Position numbers and translations under genes: made by a program. Below the pieces are notes generated by a model that worked only from the letters and a program-made list of their open reading frames with translations, had not been told where the DNA came from and made no database searches. Source: an uncultured bacterium (GTDB taxonomy: Bacteria; CSSED10-310; CAZUFC01). Taken from it: a DNA stretch of 64,000 nucleotides. Shown in pieces: positions 35,229 through 44,676 of the stretch; position 1 is the first letter of the stretch; every line of letters begins with the position of its first letter. The DNA lies in NCBI GenBank assembly GCA_964619725.1, contig CAZUFC010000015.1:8963-72962 (forward strand). Reading direction: 5' to 3'.

Positions 35229-37976
35229 ATGCGCGTATCATTTGAATTGAACGGTGAGTCCGTTGAAATAGAAACATCCGGTGAGTTGTTTTTGATTGAC
35301 TTGCTTCGAAATCGTTTCCGTCTTACCGGGGTTAAACCGGGATGCCGTATTGGAGTATGCGGCGCCTGCACCGTGCTGGTGAATGACAGGGCTGTGAAGT
35401 CCTGCCGGTATCCCATAGAAAAGGTCGCCGGAAAAAGAATTGTGACGATTGAGGGATTGAAAGGCAAAGACATGCATCCCGTACAGCAGGCTTTCTTGTT
35501 ATGCGGGGCGGTACAATGCGGGTACTGCACACCGGGCATGATATTGACGGCGACGGCCTTGCTGAAGGAAAATCCGGCTCCTGATCGCAAAACCATAAAG
35601 AAACGGTTTAAAGGAAATCTATGTCGATGTACCGGCTATGAATCGATCATTAATGCGGTTCATCTGGCCGCAAAATTGCTCAAAAACTGCAGCGAAACCC
35701 CTTCCGGCAATACATTCAACGGATTTCCCGGCAAACAAGATTCAACAGAATACCAGGCCGAAATACGAAGCGATGCTTTAAAAAAAGTCACGGGAGAAAC
35801 CTTGTTCGCCGGCGACCTGTATCGTGACGGCATGCTCTATGGCCATATTCTCCGTAGCGATTGCGCTCATGCGGCTCTGAAAAAAATCGACGCGGCAGAA
35901 GCGAAAACTGCGGAAGGCATAGCCGGCGTTTATACCTGGCGTGATATTCCGGGAGTCAACAGGATCGGGAAAGCGTTCAAAGATCAACCGGTACTGGCCG
36001 ACAAAAAAATACGCCGGCATGGCGAACCCATCGCCTTGATCGTAGGAAAAACCCCCGAATTATGCCGCGCCGCTGCTGAAAAAATAAAAATCGAATATGA
36101 TGCTCTTCCCCCTGTTTTCGAACCGGAAAAATCGCTGGATAAAGAGAGCCCGTTGATCCATGAAGACGGCAACGTCGCATCCGAGTTCAATATCTTGAAA
36201 GGCGATCCGGAAAAAGCATTGTTAGAGTGCGATGAAATATTGACCGAAAAATATCGCACTCCCCGAATCGAACATGCGCTGATGGAATGTGAAGCAGCTC
36301 TGGCTGATTTTGATGAAGAAGGTCGTTTAAGGATCAGGGCTCCGTCTCAAAACGTTTTTTTCGATCGAAAAGAATTATGTCGTATGCTCGGACTCAACCG
36401 GAATCAGGTAAGAGTCATAGCAGCTCCCATGGGAGCTTCTTTCGGTAAACGGGAAGACCTTTCAGCGCAGGTTTTCGCCGCCCTCGGCGCCTGGATGACT
36501 CGTAAACCGGTTAAAATCGTGTTCTCCCGCGCGGAAAGTTTCGCGTGCACGACCAAAAGACACCCCATGAGCATCACGCATAAAACAGGCTACATGAAAG
36601 ACGGCAGGATCAAAGCCATGATCATAGACATCCTGGCCGATACAGGCGCCTATGCTTCTTGGGCGCCCAACGTTCTGCGTAAAGCCGTCGTCCACGCTTC
36701 AGGACCTTATGAAATTCCGCACGTCTCCATCAAAGCCAAAAGCGTCTACACAAATAACATCGTCTCTGGAGCCATGCGGGGTTTCGGGGCCGTTCAGACC
36801 ATATTTGCCGTCGAATCTCAAATGAACGAAATCAGCCGACGACTGAACATGAACCCCTGCCGCATCAGATTCATCAACGGTCTGAAACAACACTCCCTTA
36901 CCGCAACCGGACAAAAATTCATGCACGATGTTCCTTTTTTACGATTGCTCGATATCGCAGAATCTCAGGATAATTTCGAACCGCCGCTCTCCTGGGAAAA
37001 AAACGGAAAAATTTATGGTAAAGGTATGGCCGCTGGAATCTACGGCATAGGATACGGCGGCGGCATCCCCGATATCGGCAGCGCCGTCGCCGAACTCTCC
37101 CCTCACGGCCAGATTATTTTCAAGTCAGGCGCTGCGGATTGCGGACAAGGACTGGAATCCGCGTTCCGTAAAATTGCAGCAAAAACCCTCGGCATCAGCG
37201 AATCCTTAATTACATTCATCATTGCCGATTCTTCAATCACTCCAGATAGCGGGTCGACTGTCGCCTCACGACAAACCTACGTTTCAGGAAAATCAGTTCT
37301 AAAAGCGGCAGCGAATTTAAAAAAATTGATCCTCAAAAACGTCTCCCATCTGTGGTCCGTACCCGTTGAAAATTTGAAAATATCTACAAACGGCGCAATC
37401 ATTTCCTCAAGCTCCCCTGATAAAACCATTTCCTTTAAACAACTGGCAGGAAAATTAAATCGAACTCTTAAAGTGCAATCCCGATCACGTATCAAATCTA
37501 CGCCGCTTAATCCTGAAACAGGACAGGGGCAACCGTATAAATCATATACATTCGGAATTCAAACCTGCACAGTCGAATTTGATCCGCAAACGAAAAAGCT
37601 GAAAATCATGGAAATATCCGCTTTTCACGATGTGGGAAAAGCGATCCATCCCGCCAATGTAAAAGGACAAATTTACGGCGGTATTATGATGGGGTTGGGA
37701 ATGACTCTTTACGAAAAATTCCGCACTCGCAACGGCCAGGCAAAAGACTTGAATTTCAATACTTACCGAATTCCGAATTCCGAAGACCTGCCGGAAATTA
37801 AAATTAATCTGCTTGAATTTCCAGACCCCGACGGACCGTTCGGAGCCAAAGGCATAGGAGAACCCTGCATGATCCCGACAACTCCCGCTATAACGGCAGC
37901 TATTTCAAACGCACTAAAAATCCATGTTAATGAGCTGCCCGTAAATGCCTTAAATTTAAAAATTCAAAACTCCTGA
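35229..37976 (+). CDS. Molybdenum hydroxylase (xanthine dehydrogenase/aldehyde oxidoreductase family) with fused 2x[2Fe-2S] domain
   Basis: GC..GVCGACTV, QCGYCTPG, NLCRCTGY, AMRGFG, GQG, STVASR, GQIYGG, GPFGAKGIGE. Confidence 0.92.
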   Translation: MRVSFELNGESVEIETSGELFLIDLLRNRFRLTGVKPGCRIGVCGACTVLVNDRAVKSCRYPIEKVAGKRIVTIEGLKGKDMHPVQQAFLLCGAVQCGYCTPGMILTATALLKENPAPDRKTIKKRFKGNLCRCTGYESIINAVHLAAKLLKNCSETPSGNTFNGFPGKQDSTEYQAEIRSDALKKVTGETLFAGDLYRDGMLYGHILRSDCAHAALKKIDAAEAKTAEGIAGVYTWRDIPGVNRIGKAFKDQPVLADKKIRRHGEPIALIVGKTPELCRAAAEKIKIEYDALPPVFEPEKSLDKESPLIHEDGNVASEFNILKGDPEKALLECDEILTEKYRTPRIEHALMECEAALADFDEEGRLRIRAPSQNVFFDRKELCRMLGLNRNQVRVIAAPMGASFGKREDLSAQVFAALGAWMTRKPVKIVFSRAESFACTTKRHPMSITHKTGYMKDGRIKAMIIDILADTGAYASWAPNVLRKAVVHASGPYEIPHVSIKAKSVYTNNIVSGAMRGFGAVQTIFAVESQMNEISRRLNMNPCRIRFINGLKQHSLTATGQKFMHDVPFLRLLDIAESQDNFEPPLSWEKNGKIYGKGMAAGIYGIGYGGGIPDIGSAVAELSPHGQIIFKSGAADCGQGLESAFRKIAAKTLGISESLITFIIADSSITPDSGSTVASRQTYVSGKSVLKAAANLKKLILKNVSHLWSVPVENLKISTNGAIISSSSPDKTISFKQLAGKLNRTLKVQSRSRIKSTPLNPETGQGQPYKSYTFGIQTCTVEFDPQTKKLKIMEISAFHDVGKAIHPANVKGQIYGGIMMGLGMTLYEKFRTRNGQAKDLNFNTYRIPNSEDLPEIKINLLEFPDPDGPFGAKGIGEPCMIPTTPAITAAISNALKIHVNELPVNALNLKIQNS

Positions 37977-38054
37977 CGTTGACATCCTGATCTATCGAAT
38001 ACATTTGTTTTTTACATTACGATTCAGCAAGGAAATTGCGCAGTTTTTACCACC

Positions 38055-38144
38055 CTGCATCCCCCACGTGCGCGGGTCCGTCGGTTATCTCAGGTCGGGA
38101 CTGCAAAGGATAGCACTGCATCCCCCACGTGCGCGGGTCCGTCG
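38055..38144 (-). CRISPR. Orphan mini-array: two identical 29-bp repeats and one 32-bp spacer, type I-E-like
   Basis: CTGCATCCCCCACGTGCGCGGGTCCGTCG at 38055-38083 and 38116-38144 (61-bp period). The minus strand gives the stem-loop CCCGC-GCAC-GTGGG followed by 8 nt. No cas genes in the window; only two repeats. Confidence 0.55.
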
Positions 38145-38328
38145 CTTTAATCGATAAATATGATGGTGAGGTTGTCGTAGAACATTGCGCTATTTCCATC
38201 AATCAATGTCCAGCGCTCAGAAATCATAAAAAAATAACGGAAAATAATTTTCACCAACCTTTAAGGGGCAGCGAATGTCCTACCAAATTCCGGTATGATA
38301 GCCCCTGAGCAACTGGCGGACAAGTTAC

Positions 38329-38344
38329 AGGTCCGGTTTTTGCA
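38329..38344 (+). promoter_or_regulatory. Possible sigma54 -24/-12 promoter for the HD-GYP/GGDEF gene
   Basis: AGGTCCGGTTTTTGCA has GG-N10-GC spacing with TTGCA, about 30 bp before ATG 38376; the -24 box deviates from TGGCAC. Confidence 0.3.
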
Positions 38345-38375
38345 TTTACTTACGTGAGGTTGAACCGGGAATCGA

Positions 38376-40901
38376 ATGAGAATGAAAGAGCGACAAAGAT
38401 TCAGGCTTCAAAACATATATATTTCGTTAACGGTGCTAGTCGGGGCGTTTGTTTTATTTTACGCCATTTATGTTCAATTTTTCATCACACGGGAATTCGA
38501 ATTCCTGTGGATAGCGGTCTGTATCGCTCTATTCAATTCCAAAACTGTGCGTATTCCAGGATTAAAAAGTCAGATATCCATCTCCGACACTTTCATTTTT
38601 CTCTGCATCATAAAATACAATCCTGCGGCCGCAGCCATTACGGCATTTATCGATTCGGCCCTCACCTCTTTGAAGATAACGAAAAAATTCCACAAAATTT
38701 CATATAATTCTGCAACCATGGTCATTACCGTCATTCTGTCGGGAGGATGTTTCGAACGTTTTCTGGAACTCTTTTCACAATCGAATGCTGCGAATCCTGC
38801 AAGCGAGGCTTTCAGTATGATCCCCGCTTTAATGATTATGGCTCTCGTGCAATACCTGGTCAATTCGGGAATGATAGCCGTCGTTATAGCCATGGGATCA
38901 GATCAGAAAATCTACAGAGTATGGCGAGACAATTTTCTGTGGACATCCATAACATATTTCAGCGGCGCGTCGGCAGCCTGGCTGATCTTCCATATCTGGG
39001 AATCAATCGGGTTTTTTGCAATGATTATTTCTTTCCCTATTATGGCTATTACTTATTTCACCTACAAAACTTATCTTGATAAAGTCGAAGCCACCAACAA
39101 GCACGCCGTTGAAATGGCAGACCTCTATCTTTCGATTACCGAAGCCCTGGCTATGGCCATTGACGCCAAAGATCAAATTACGCATGGCCACGTCAGAAGA
39201 GTGCAAACGTATGCCCTCGAACTAGCCGATGCCATCGGCATAAAAAATGAAAAAGAACTTCACGCACTTCAATCCGCAGCATTGCTCCATGACATCGGTA
39301 AACTGGCCGTCCCCGACTATATCCTTAACAAACCCGGCAGTCTCTCTTCCACAGAATTCGAAAAAGTTAAAATACATCCGCGTGTCGGGGCTGAAATCCT
39401 CTCCAGCGTCCCCTTTCCCTACGATGTAGCCTCCATCGTAAAATGCCACCACGAAAACTACGACGGCTCAGGTTATCCCGATAACCTTAACGGCGACTCT
39501 ATCCCCGAATGCGCCAGAATCCTCACCATCGCCGACTGCTACGATGCTCTCAGGTCAGACCGTCCCTACCGTAAAGGTTTCTCCGTCGATGAGGCTATTG
39601 AAATTATGAAAGAAGATTCAGGCGTTAAATATGATCCCTTCTACCTCCATAAATTCATCGAAATTATTCATCGCATAGAAAAGAAAGTCGCTGAACTCAA
39701 TATTGAAAATATGACCCTGAAAAGCGAACTCGCCGGATCAGGGCGCCAATTCTCTCCCGAAGAAAAAAAAGAAGAATCCTCCATCAGTTCAGAAAATTCT
39801 AAAAACGTCTTCTCCGATATTTCCAGAGCTCAAAAAGAAATATTGTCTCTTTATGAAATTTCGCAAACCTTGAGCGCCACATTAGACCTTAAAGAAATAC
39901 TTGAAATTATAACTAAAAAAATGAAATCAATCGTCCATTTTGATATGGCCGTCATATTCATGAAAAAATTCGATGCCGAAAAAATGACCGTAATGCAGAT
40001 CGAGGGAGAGGAAATAGACTCGGTCCAAAATAAAGAAATACCAATTCCCAGCGGAAGCAGCGGATGGGTGTTCGCCAACAGAGACGACATCATCAACGGA
40101 AGCGCGTCCAACGATCTCCGCTTCCTCATGCCGGATAAAACATCGGAGTATGACTCATGCCTTTCAACCATCATATCACAGGGCGATCAGCATTACGGAG
40201 TATTTACCCTGTACTCCAAGACAAAAGATTTTTTCAGCCTGGACCACTTAAGAATCCTTAAAATGGTTTCTCACCAGACCGCCGTGGCCATAAGCAACGC
40301 TATCCTCTATCAGAAGACACGCGAGGATTCGCTTACAGACCCCTTGACGGGAATGCCCAATGCCCGGTTCCTTTATATTTTCGGCGCTCAGAAAATTGAA
40401 GAAGCATCCAAGAAAAATCTTAAATTAGCTATATTGAGCATGGACCTGGATAATTTTAAACAGATCAACGACCAGTACGGACATCATATCGGCGACAGGC
40501 TTCTGAAAGAAGTCTCCGCACGCCTGGCATCTCATATAAGAAAAACGGATATTTTTGTGAGATATGCGGGAGATGAGTTTCTTGCAATTATTGAATTAAC
40601 GCATAAAAACCTGGAGTATGAGATCATCGAAAGGTTGCAAAAAACTGTGGACGAATGGCGGATGGAAGTCAGGCCTGGTAAATTTGCCCGCGTGGGATTA
40701 AGCGTCGGCCTGTCAGTTCTTCCGAAAGACGGTAATACGCTTGAAGACCTTATGGTTGCAGCAGACGACAGGATGTACAAAGACAAAAGCAAGAGAAAAT
40801 CCACCGAACAGTTGAGTTCAGAAAAGTTGATCATTCTGGATAAAATAAGAAATTCTCAGCCCCCCCATTCGGATTCAGATAAAAAAGCGATCTCCAGTTA
40901 G
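38376..40901 (+). CDS. Membrane-bound HD-GYP + GAF + GGDEF c-di-GMP signalling protein
   Basis: About 7 N-terminal TM segments; AIDAKD..T.GH..RV, LLHDIGK, HHENYDGSGYP; GAF region; DPLTG.PN, DLDNFKQIND.YGH..GD, I-site RKTD, active site variant AGDEF. Confidence 0.92.
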   Translation: MRMKERQRFRLQNIYISLTVLVGAFVLFYAIYVQFFITREFEFLWIAVCIALFNSKTVRIPGLKSQISISDTFIFLCIIKYNPAAAAITAFIDSALTSLKITKKFHKISYNSATMVITVILSGGCFERFLELFSQSNAANPASEAFSMIPALMIMALVQYLVNSGMIAVVIAMGSDQKIYRVWRDNFLWTSITYFSGASAAWLIFHIWESIGFFAMIISFPIMAITYFTYKTYLDKVEATNKHAVEMADLYLSITEALAMAIDAKDQITHGHVRRVQTYALELADAIGIKNEKELHALQSAALLHDIGKLAVPDYILNKPGSLSSTEFEKVKIHPRVGAEILSSVPFPYDVASIVKCHHENYDGSGYPDNLNGDSIPECARILTIADCYDALRSDRPYRKGFSVDEAIEIMKEDSGVKYDPFYLHKFIEIIHRIEKKVAELNIENMTLKSELAGSGRQFSPEEKKEESSISSENSKNVFSDISRAQKEILSLYEISQTLSATLDLKEILEIITKKMKSIVHFDMAVIFMKKFDAEKMTVMQIEGEEIDSVQNKEIPIPSGSSGWVFANRDDIINGSASNDLRFLMPDKTSEYDSCLSTIISQGDQHYGVFTLYSKTKDFFSLDHLRILKMVSHQTAVAISNAILYQKTREDSLTDPLTGMPNARFLYIFGAQKIEEASKKNLKLAILSMDLDNFKQINDQYGHHIGDRLLKEVSARLASHIRKTDIFVRYAGDEFLAIIELTHKNLEYEIIERLQKTVDEWRMEVRPGKFARVGLSVGLSVLPKDGNTLEDLMVAADDRMYKDKSKRKSTEQLSSEKLIILDKIRNSQPPHSDSDKKAISS

Positions 40902-40954
40902 CGCCTGTCCACAAACTCTTATCCCAATTCAAATTTTAGCGCCGGACAGGCGCT
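40900..40954 (+). repeat. 55-bp element with terminal inverted repeats, copy 1
   Basis: AGCGCCTGTCC...GGACAGGCGCT perfect 11-bp IR; homologous over its full length to the reverse complement of 54546-54600; overlaps the TAG stop of 38376-40901. Confidence 0.7.
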
Positions 40955-41092
40955 GCGGTTTCTGATACATCCCGCTGCGCATGATGGATCAGAAACAAGA
41001 TAGACAAAGGCGGCAGAATCATTGGAAAAATAACAACAAACCTGGAAAGAGACAGGACATCCGGAATCCGGCGCTCAAGGATTATCAGCGAC

Positions 41093-41695
41093 TCATTTAA
41101 TCCTTTGAACTTTTACTTTTGAGTCTTCCTCACCTGAATATTCGATTGAGTAAAGATGCGTACTGTTTTTGTCTATCTCGACATCCCTGAATGTTTTGGA
41201 AGAAAAGTTCATAGAGCGATCGAACGCTGTTACTTCCAGGGAATAACGATAGCTATTCGTCCCGATGATTCGGAGACGATAGACGCCTGGAATCGCCTTA
41301 TTAAGGTATAAAATTCTTGTTGCGGGTCCTGTTGCGCCTTCGACGGCATCGTCTATTCTCTCTTCTTCGTAAAAAGAACCGTGTATCTCCTGAATTATTT
41401 CGCCGGTCTTTTCTTCCCAGCCGGTTCTTCTTCCCTGGGGATCGATCAAGAGCGCTTGAGCAGGCGGTTTTTCTTTACCCTCCTCCGGGTGCAAACGTAT
41501 ATCCAGGCTGCCGGATGGAGAAACGTCCGTTGCAGATTTCCTGGAGATGGTCTTCGGGCGCTCATTATCCGCATCATTCGACAAAACAGAAGGCAGGATG
41601 CAGAATATCACTGCTGTAAATACAGCCATCATTTTTTCAAAAGCGACGGGCATTCGAGCGGCCACTTTTTTCACTCCCTGTAAATATAGAAGCAA
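41093..41695 (-). CDS. Secreted single-domain protein homologous to the post-catalytic domain of the adjacent C39-like peptidase
   Basis: LLIDPQGRRTGWEEKTGEIIQEI..SFYE...GVYRLRIIGT...YSLEVTAFD aligns with IVTDSSGRMTGYDPDTGILYNEIPRSNYE...GMFALDVIGT...YDLEIHAFD. The true start is probably downstream of 41695. Confidence 0.7.
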   Translation of the reverse strand: MLLYLQGVKKVAARMPVAFEKMMAVFTAVIFCILPSVLSNDADNERPKTISRKSATDVSPSGSLDIRLHPEEGKEKPPAQALLIDPQGRRTGWEEKTGEIIQEIHGSFYEEERIDDAVEGATGPATRILYLNKAIPGVYRLRIIGTNSYRYSLEVTAFDRSMNFSSKTFRDVEIDKNSTHLYSIEYSGEEDSKVKVQRIK

Positions 41696-41818
41696 GTCGA
41701 AATTTTCAGTCGGTTTTCTCCGGCAAGGGCATCCGAAAAATCATCGGATGCCGCTTGCCTTAAAGAGATACTATGCATATTAAAGGAGATCGACACAGCA
41801 TCTCTCTTTCAAATCAGC

Positions 41819-43780
41819 TTACAGGTATTCCTGATCGCTTCCTCCACAATCGCTGCGAACCTCGACAAACTCAGGCTCGTGGCCTACTTGCCCCTTATAG
41901 GAGTGATTTTTGGGTCCGTGCGACTCCATATCTCCGATGAAATGTCCGAAGTCGTCCCAAAGCGTTAAAGTCGCTCCTTCGAGATCGCAAACGGCCTTAA
42001 CCATTAATCTTTGCTGTTTGCTGTTATACTTGGCCTGTCTGATCGTTACCGAACAGGTGAAAGGTTCGGAAGTCGGGGTAAAAGTAGGCGTGTGTGTAGG
42101 CGGCGCAGGCGTAGGCGTTTCGGTAGGCGGCGCAGGCGTAGGCGTTTCGGTGGGCGGCGCCGGCGTAAAAGTTTCGGTGGGCGGTCCGGGGGTATCGGTA
42201 GGCGGCGCCGGCGTGAAAGTTTCGGTGGGCGGCGCCGGTGTTGGGATTTCGCTCCCGCCGTCCTGTTTGAACATGAAATCGTAACCATGAACCACGCCGG
42301 GCTCGATCGGAACATTTCGATAAGTTCCGGAGGAAGGATTGCCTTCCAGATCGAAAGCATGAATTTCCAGATCATACGTACCGCTTCCTGTCCCGATAAC
42401 GTCCAACGCGAACATTCCGTCCGGGGGTTTGATGATTTCAAGCGACTTGGTGACTATATCGTAATCCGCAGGATAATCTTCTCCCGGTTCAAGCAGTGCG
42501 ATGTATTCATAGTTTGAACGGGGAATTTCATTGTAAAGTATTCCCGTATCCGGATCATATCCCGTCATTCGTCCCGATGAATCCGTCACGATCAATTCAC
42601 CCGGCGAATGAAACCTGATGGTAATTCCGCATAACGTGTCGACGAAAACATACTCAGGCCCGGAAAACGCTCGTACGCTCTTATACGTGTTGTTGTAGGC
42701 GTTAAGAGTCGTTTCAACGCCGCCATAGGGATCATTGATGATATAGGTCGATTCGTCTTCGACCTGCCCGACCACGGTCACCCAATGGCCGCCGTTTTTA
42801 ACGCTGACAATCTGCGGACCGTAAGAACAGATCAGGTTCTTGAGATCGCCGCTTGTGCCCATGAAAGATACGGTCTTGTCCGCTCCCTGCAAGGCCGAAT
42901 ACCTGTTGACGGAGTTCCAGAAAATGTTGCCGTGAAGATCATACCCGTTGTTGGCTTTGCACCAGGTATTGAATCCCGAAGGCGTGACCGATACGCCGTG
43001 ATAGGCCATAACCATGCAGCAACTGGTCATAGCGCAACCCTTACCCGCTACAGTCCATTCAACCTCGTTCGCTCGCCCGTCGCAAGGATATGAATTTCGT
43101 CGCGTGCCCGTTCTGCAGATTGAATCATAAGCATCCGTACATGTGCTTTGATTATAACGCGGTACCGTTATATCGCCGTTCGGCTTCGTCGGCGGAATCC
43201 GGGGATAAACCTCGAACGTGCCTTCATAAAATGATGCGTCATTGTTGTAGAACGTCATCGTCCACGTTCCTTTTTCCTGGCATTGAGCCGTAGTATACCA
43301 GGTCATCCATAACGTCGAAGCATTACACAACGGCTGCGTCCACATCGGGGACACATAACAGTTCGTCTGACCTTCATAATCCGCATAAAAGGTCACCTTG
43401 CTCCAGGTCGTCGTCACTCCGTCGGCTCTTACCAGCTTCGCATGCCAGGTCTCTCCGTCCGAAGGATTCCGTATCGTAGTGCGCCCACCCACTAAAAGGT
43501 CCCGCGTATATGCAATGTTATCCTCCATTTGAACAAAATTGCTGGTGTCCTTCTCCGAAGGCCAGCGCACAAAATAATCGAATGAATTGTCAGACTTTGA
43601 ACCTCGATAGCCTTCATCTGCCAAAGCCAGAACAATTACGCCCGTACCGGGATTCTCAGGGTCATCCATTATAATCGGCTTATAATGTTCAAGTTCCATG
43701 GCCGATACGTCAGAAAATTGTGCGATCGACATGAAAATTAAAAAACATGCCGCCGCTGCGATTGAGATAGATTTTTTCAT
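41819..43780 (-). CDS. Secreted C39-like (papain-fold) cysteine peptidase with Pro/Thr repeat linker
   Basis: GGAGG RBS and signal peptide; VPRYNQ, GCAMTSCCMVM.YHG, GHWVTVVG, INDP triad motifs; PAPPTETPT repeats. Confidence 0.8.
   Translation of the reverse strand: MKKSISIAAAACFLIFMSIAQFSDVSAMELEHYKPIIMDDPENPGTGVIVLALADEGYRGSKSDNSFDYFVRWPSEKDTSNFVQMEDNIAYTRDLLVGGRTTIRNPSDGETWHAKLVRADGVTTTWSKVTFYADYEGQTNCYVSPMWTQPLCNASTLWMTWYTTAQCQEKGTWTMTFYNNDASFYEGTFEVYPRIPPTKPNGDITVPRYNQSTCTDAYDSICRTGTRRNSYPCDGRANEVEWTVAGKGCAMTSCCMVMAYHGVSVTPSGFNTWCKANNGYDLHGNIFWNSVNRYSALQGADKTVSFMGTSGDLKNLICSYGPQIVSVKNGGHWVTVVGQVEDESTYIINDPYGGVETTLNAYNNTYKSVRAFSGPEYVFVDTLCGITIRFHSPGELIVTDSSGRMTGYDPDTGILYNEIPRSNYEYIALLEPGEDYPADYDIVTKSLEIIKPPDGMFALDVIGTGSGTYDLEIHAFDLEGNPSSGTYRNVPIEPGVVHGYDFMFKQDGGSEIPTPAPPTETFTPAPPTDTPGPPTETFTPAPPTETPTPAPPTETPTPAPPTHTPTFTPTSEPFTCSVTIRQAKYNSKQQRLMVKAVCDLEGATLTLWDDFGHFIGDMESHGPKNHSYKGQVGHEPEFVEVRSDCGGSDQEYL
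42084..42245 (-). repeat. Coding tandem repeat (about 27-bp unit) encoding (PAPPTETPT)n
   Basis: Repeated GGCGGCGC(A/C)GGCGT...TTTCGGT units. Confidence 0.8.
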
Positions 43781-44329
43781 ACTTCCCTCCTCAAGAATAG
43801 GAAAAAAACCGGTTAATATTGAGGCCCGTTGATCGGACCATTCACTGTTGCATTTATATAAAAGAGCCGGATCAACGTTTTTAACGATAAATCACTGTTA
43901 CGTCGGCCCTCTGTCATTCATCTTCCCCCAAAAAAATCCGTTTGATAATTTTCGCCGGTATAAGGCCGGACATCTTTTCCCGCATTCCCGATAACTGACG
44001 ACTCATTCCAAATGTTTCCATCCCTCGAAAACAGTCGATGCACTAATACTCTGATTTCATTTCACGCAGCCTCACTTACCGTATCTCTCGCCAGAATTAA
44101 AAAACGCATCTCTTGAACAGCCTGTTGCTTAGAAAAATAAAAATCTTCTTCACGTACCTAATTCAATGAAACCTTTATAACACAACCTCTGAAAATTGTC
44201 AATAAAAAAATTCCTACCCTCAAGCGCCGACGAAAAAAAAAGGTCCGCCTCGAGAACGTCTGCGAAACGGCTATTCAACCAGGTTTGCTGAACCGTATCC
44301 GCTTAATTGGAGTTTGAACCCGCTACGGA

Positions 44330-44352
44330 AAGCGGCAGGATGCCGCTTCTAC
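44330..44352 (-). repeat. GTAG-type REP-like palindrome
   Basis: Minus strand reads GTAG-AAGCGGCA-TCC-TGCCGCTT (GTAG foot plus perfect 8-bp stem). Confidence 0.6.
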
Positions 44353-44382
44353 TTTCTCTTCGTTCTTTTCGGATGATTTTTT

Positions 44383-44543
44383 GGGACTGATCAAACCGTG
44401 GTTACACTTCTTTCAAAACGTTTGACAGTTTTTTTCAGTAATCGGTATCGGGGTCGGCATCGCAATCGGGATCGAAATCGAAACGAAATGATGAGATATT
44501 CTGTCGGACCGTAACCTCAAAAGACGCATTTTTGATCAATGCC
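44383..44543. repeat. About 160-bp dispersed MITE-like element, copy A
   Basis: Ends GGGACTGATCAAA / TTTGATCAATGCC (imperfect TIR); internal ATCGNN hexamer run; colinear with 56845-56999. Confidence 0.68.
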
Positions 44544-44676
44544 GATTTTTTTCATAACGGGTTATGGCTTTTTTTCAGAGCATTCAAATTAAAAGCGAAT
44601 CTTATGCACTCATTGACTCTTTCAGGGATATCTTTGCTGCTTAAAAGCTGAACGACGTCGGCATTCTGAATACGCT

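Noticed and set aside
38090-38345. c-di-GMP-I riboswitch upstream of the HD-GYP/GGDEF gene (GGGACTGCAAAG resembles GGGACGCAAAG)
   Set aside because: The GNRA-capped first hairpin and the matching second hairpin could not be built; an Rfam scan would be needed.
42084-42245. GC-rich periodic repeat as a CRISPR array
   Set aside because: It is in-frame coding sequence for a Pro/Thr linker, with no unique spacers.
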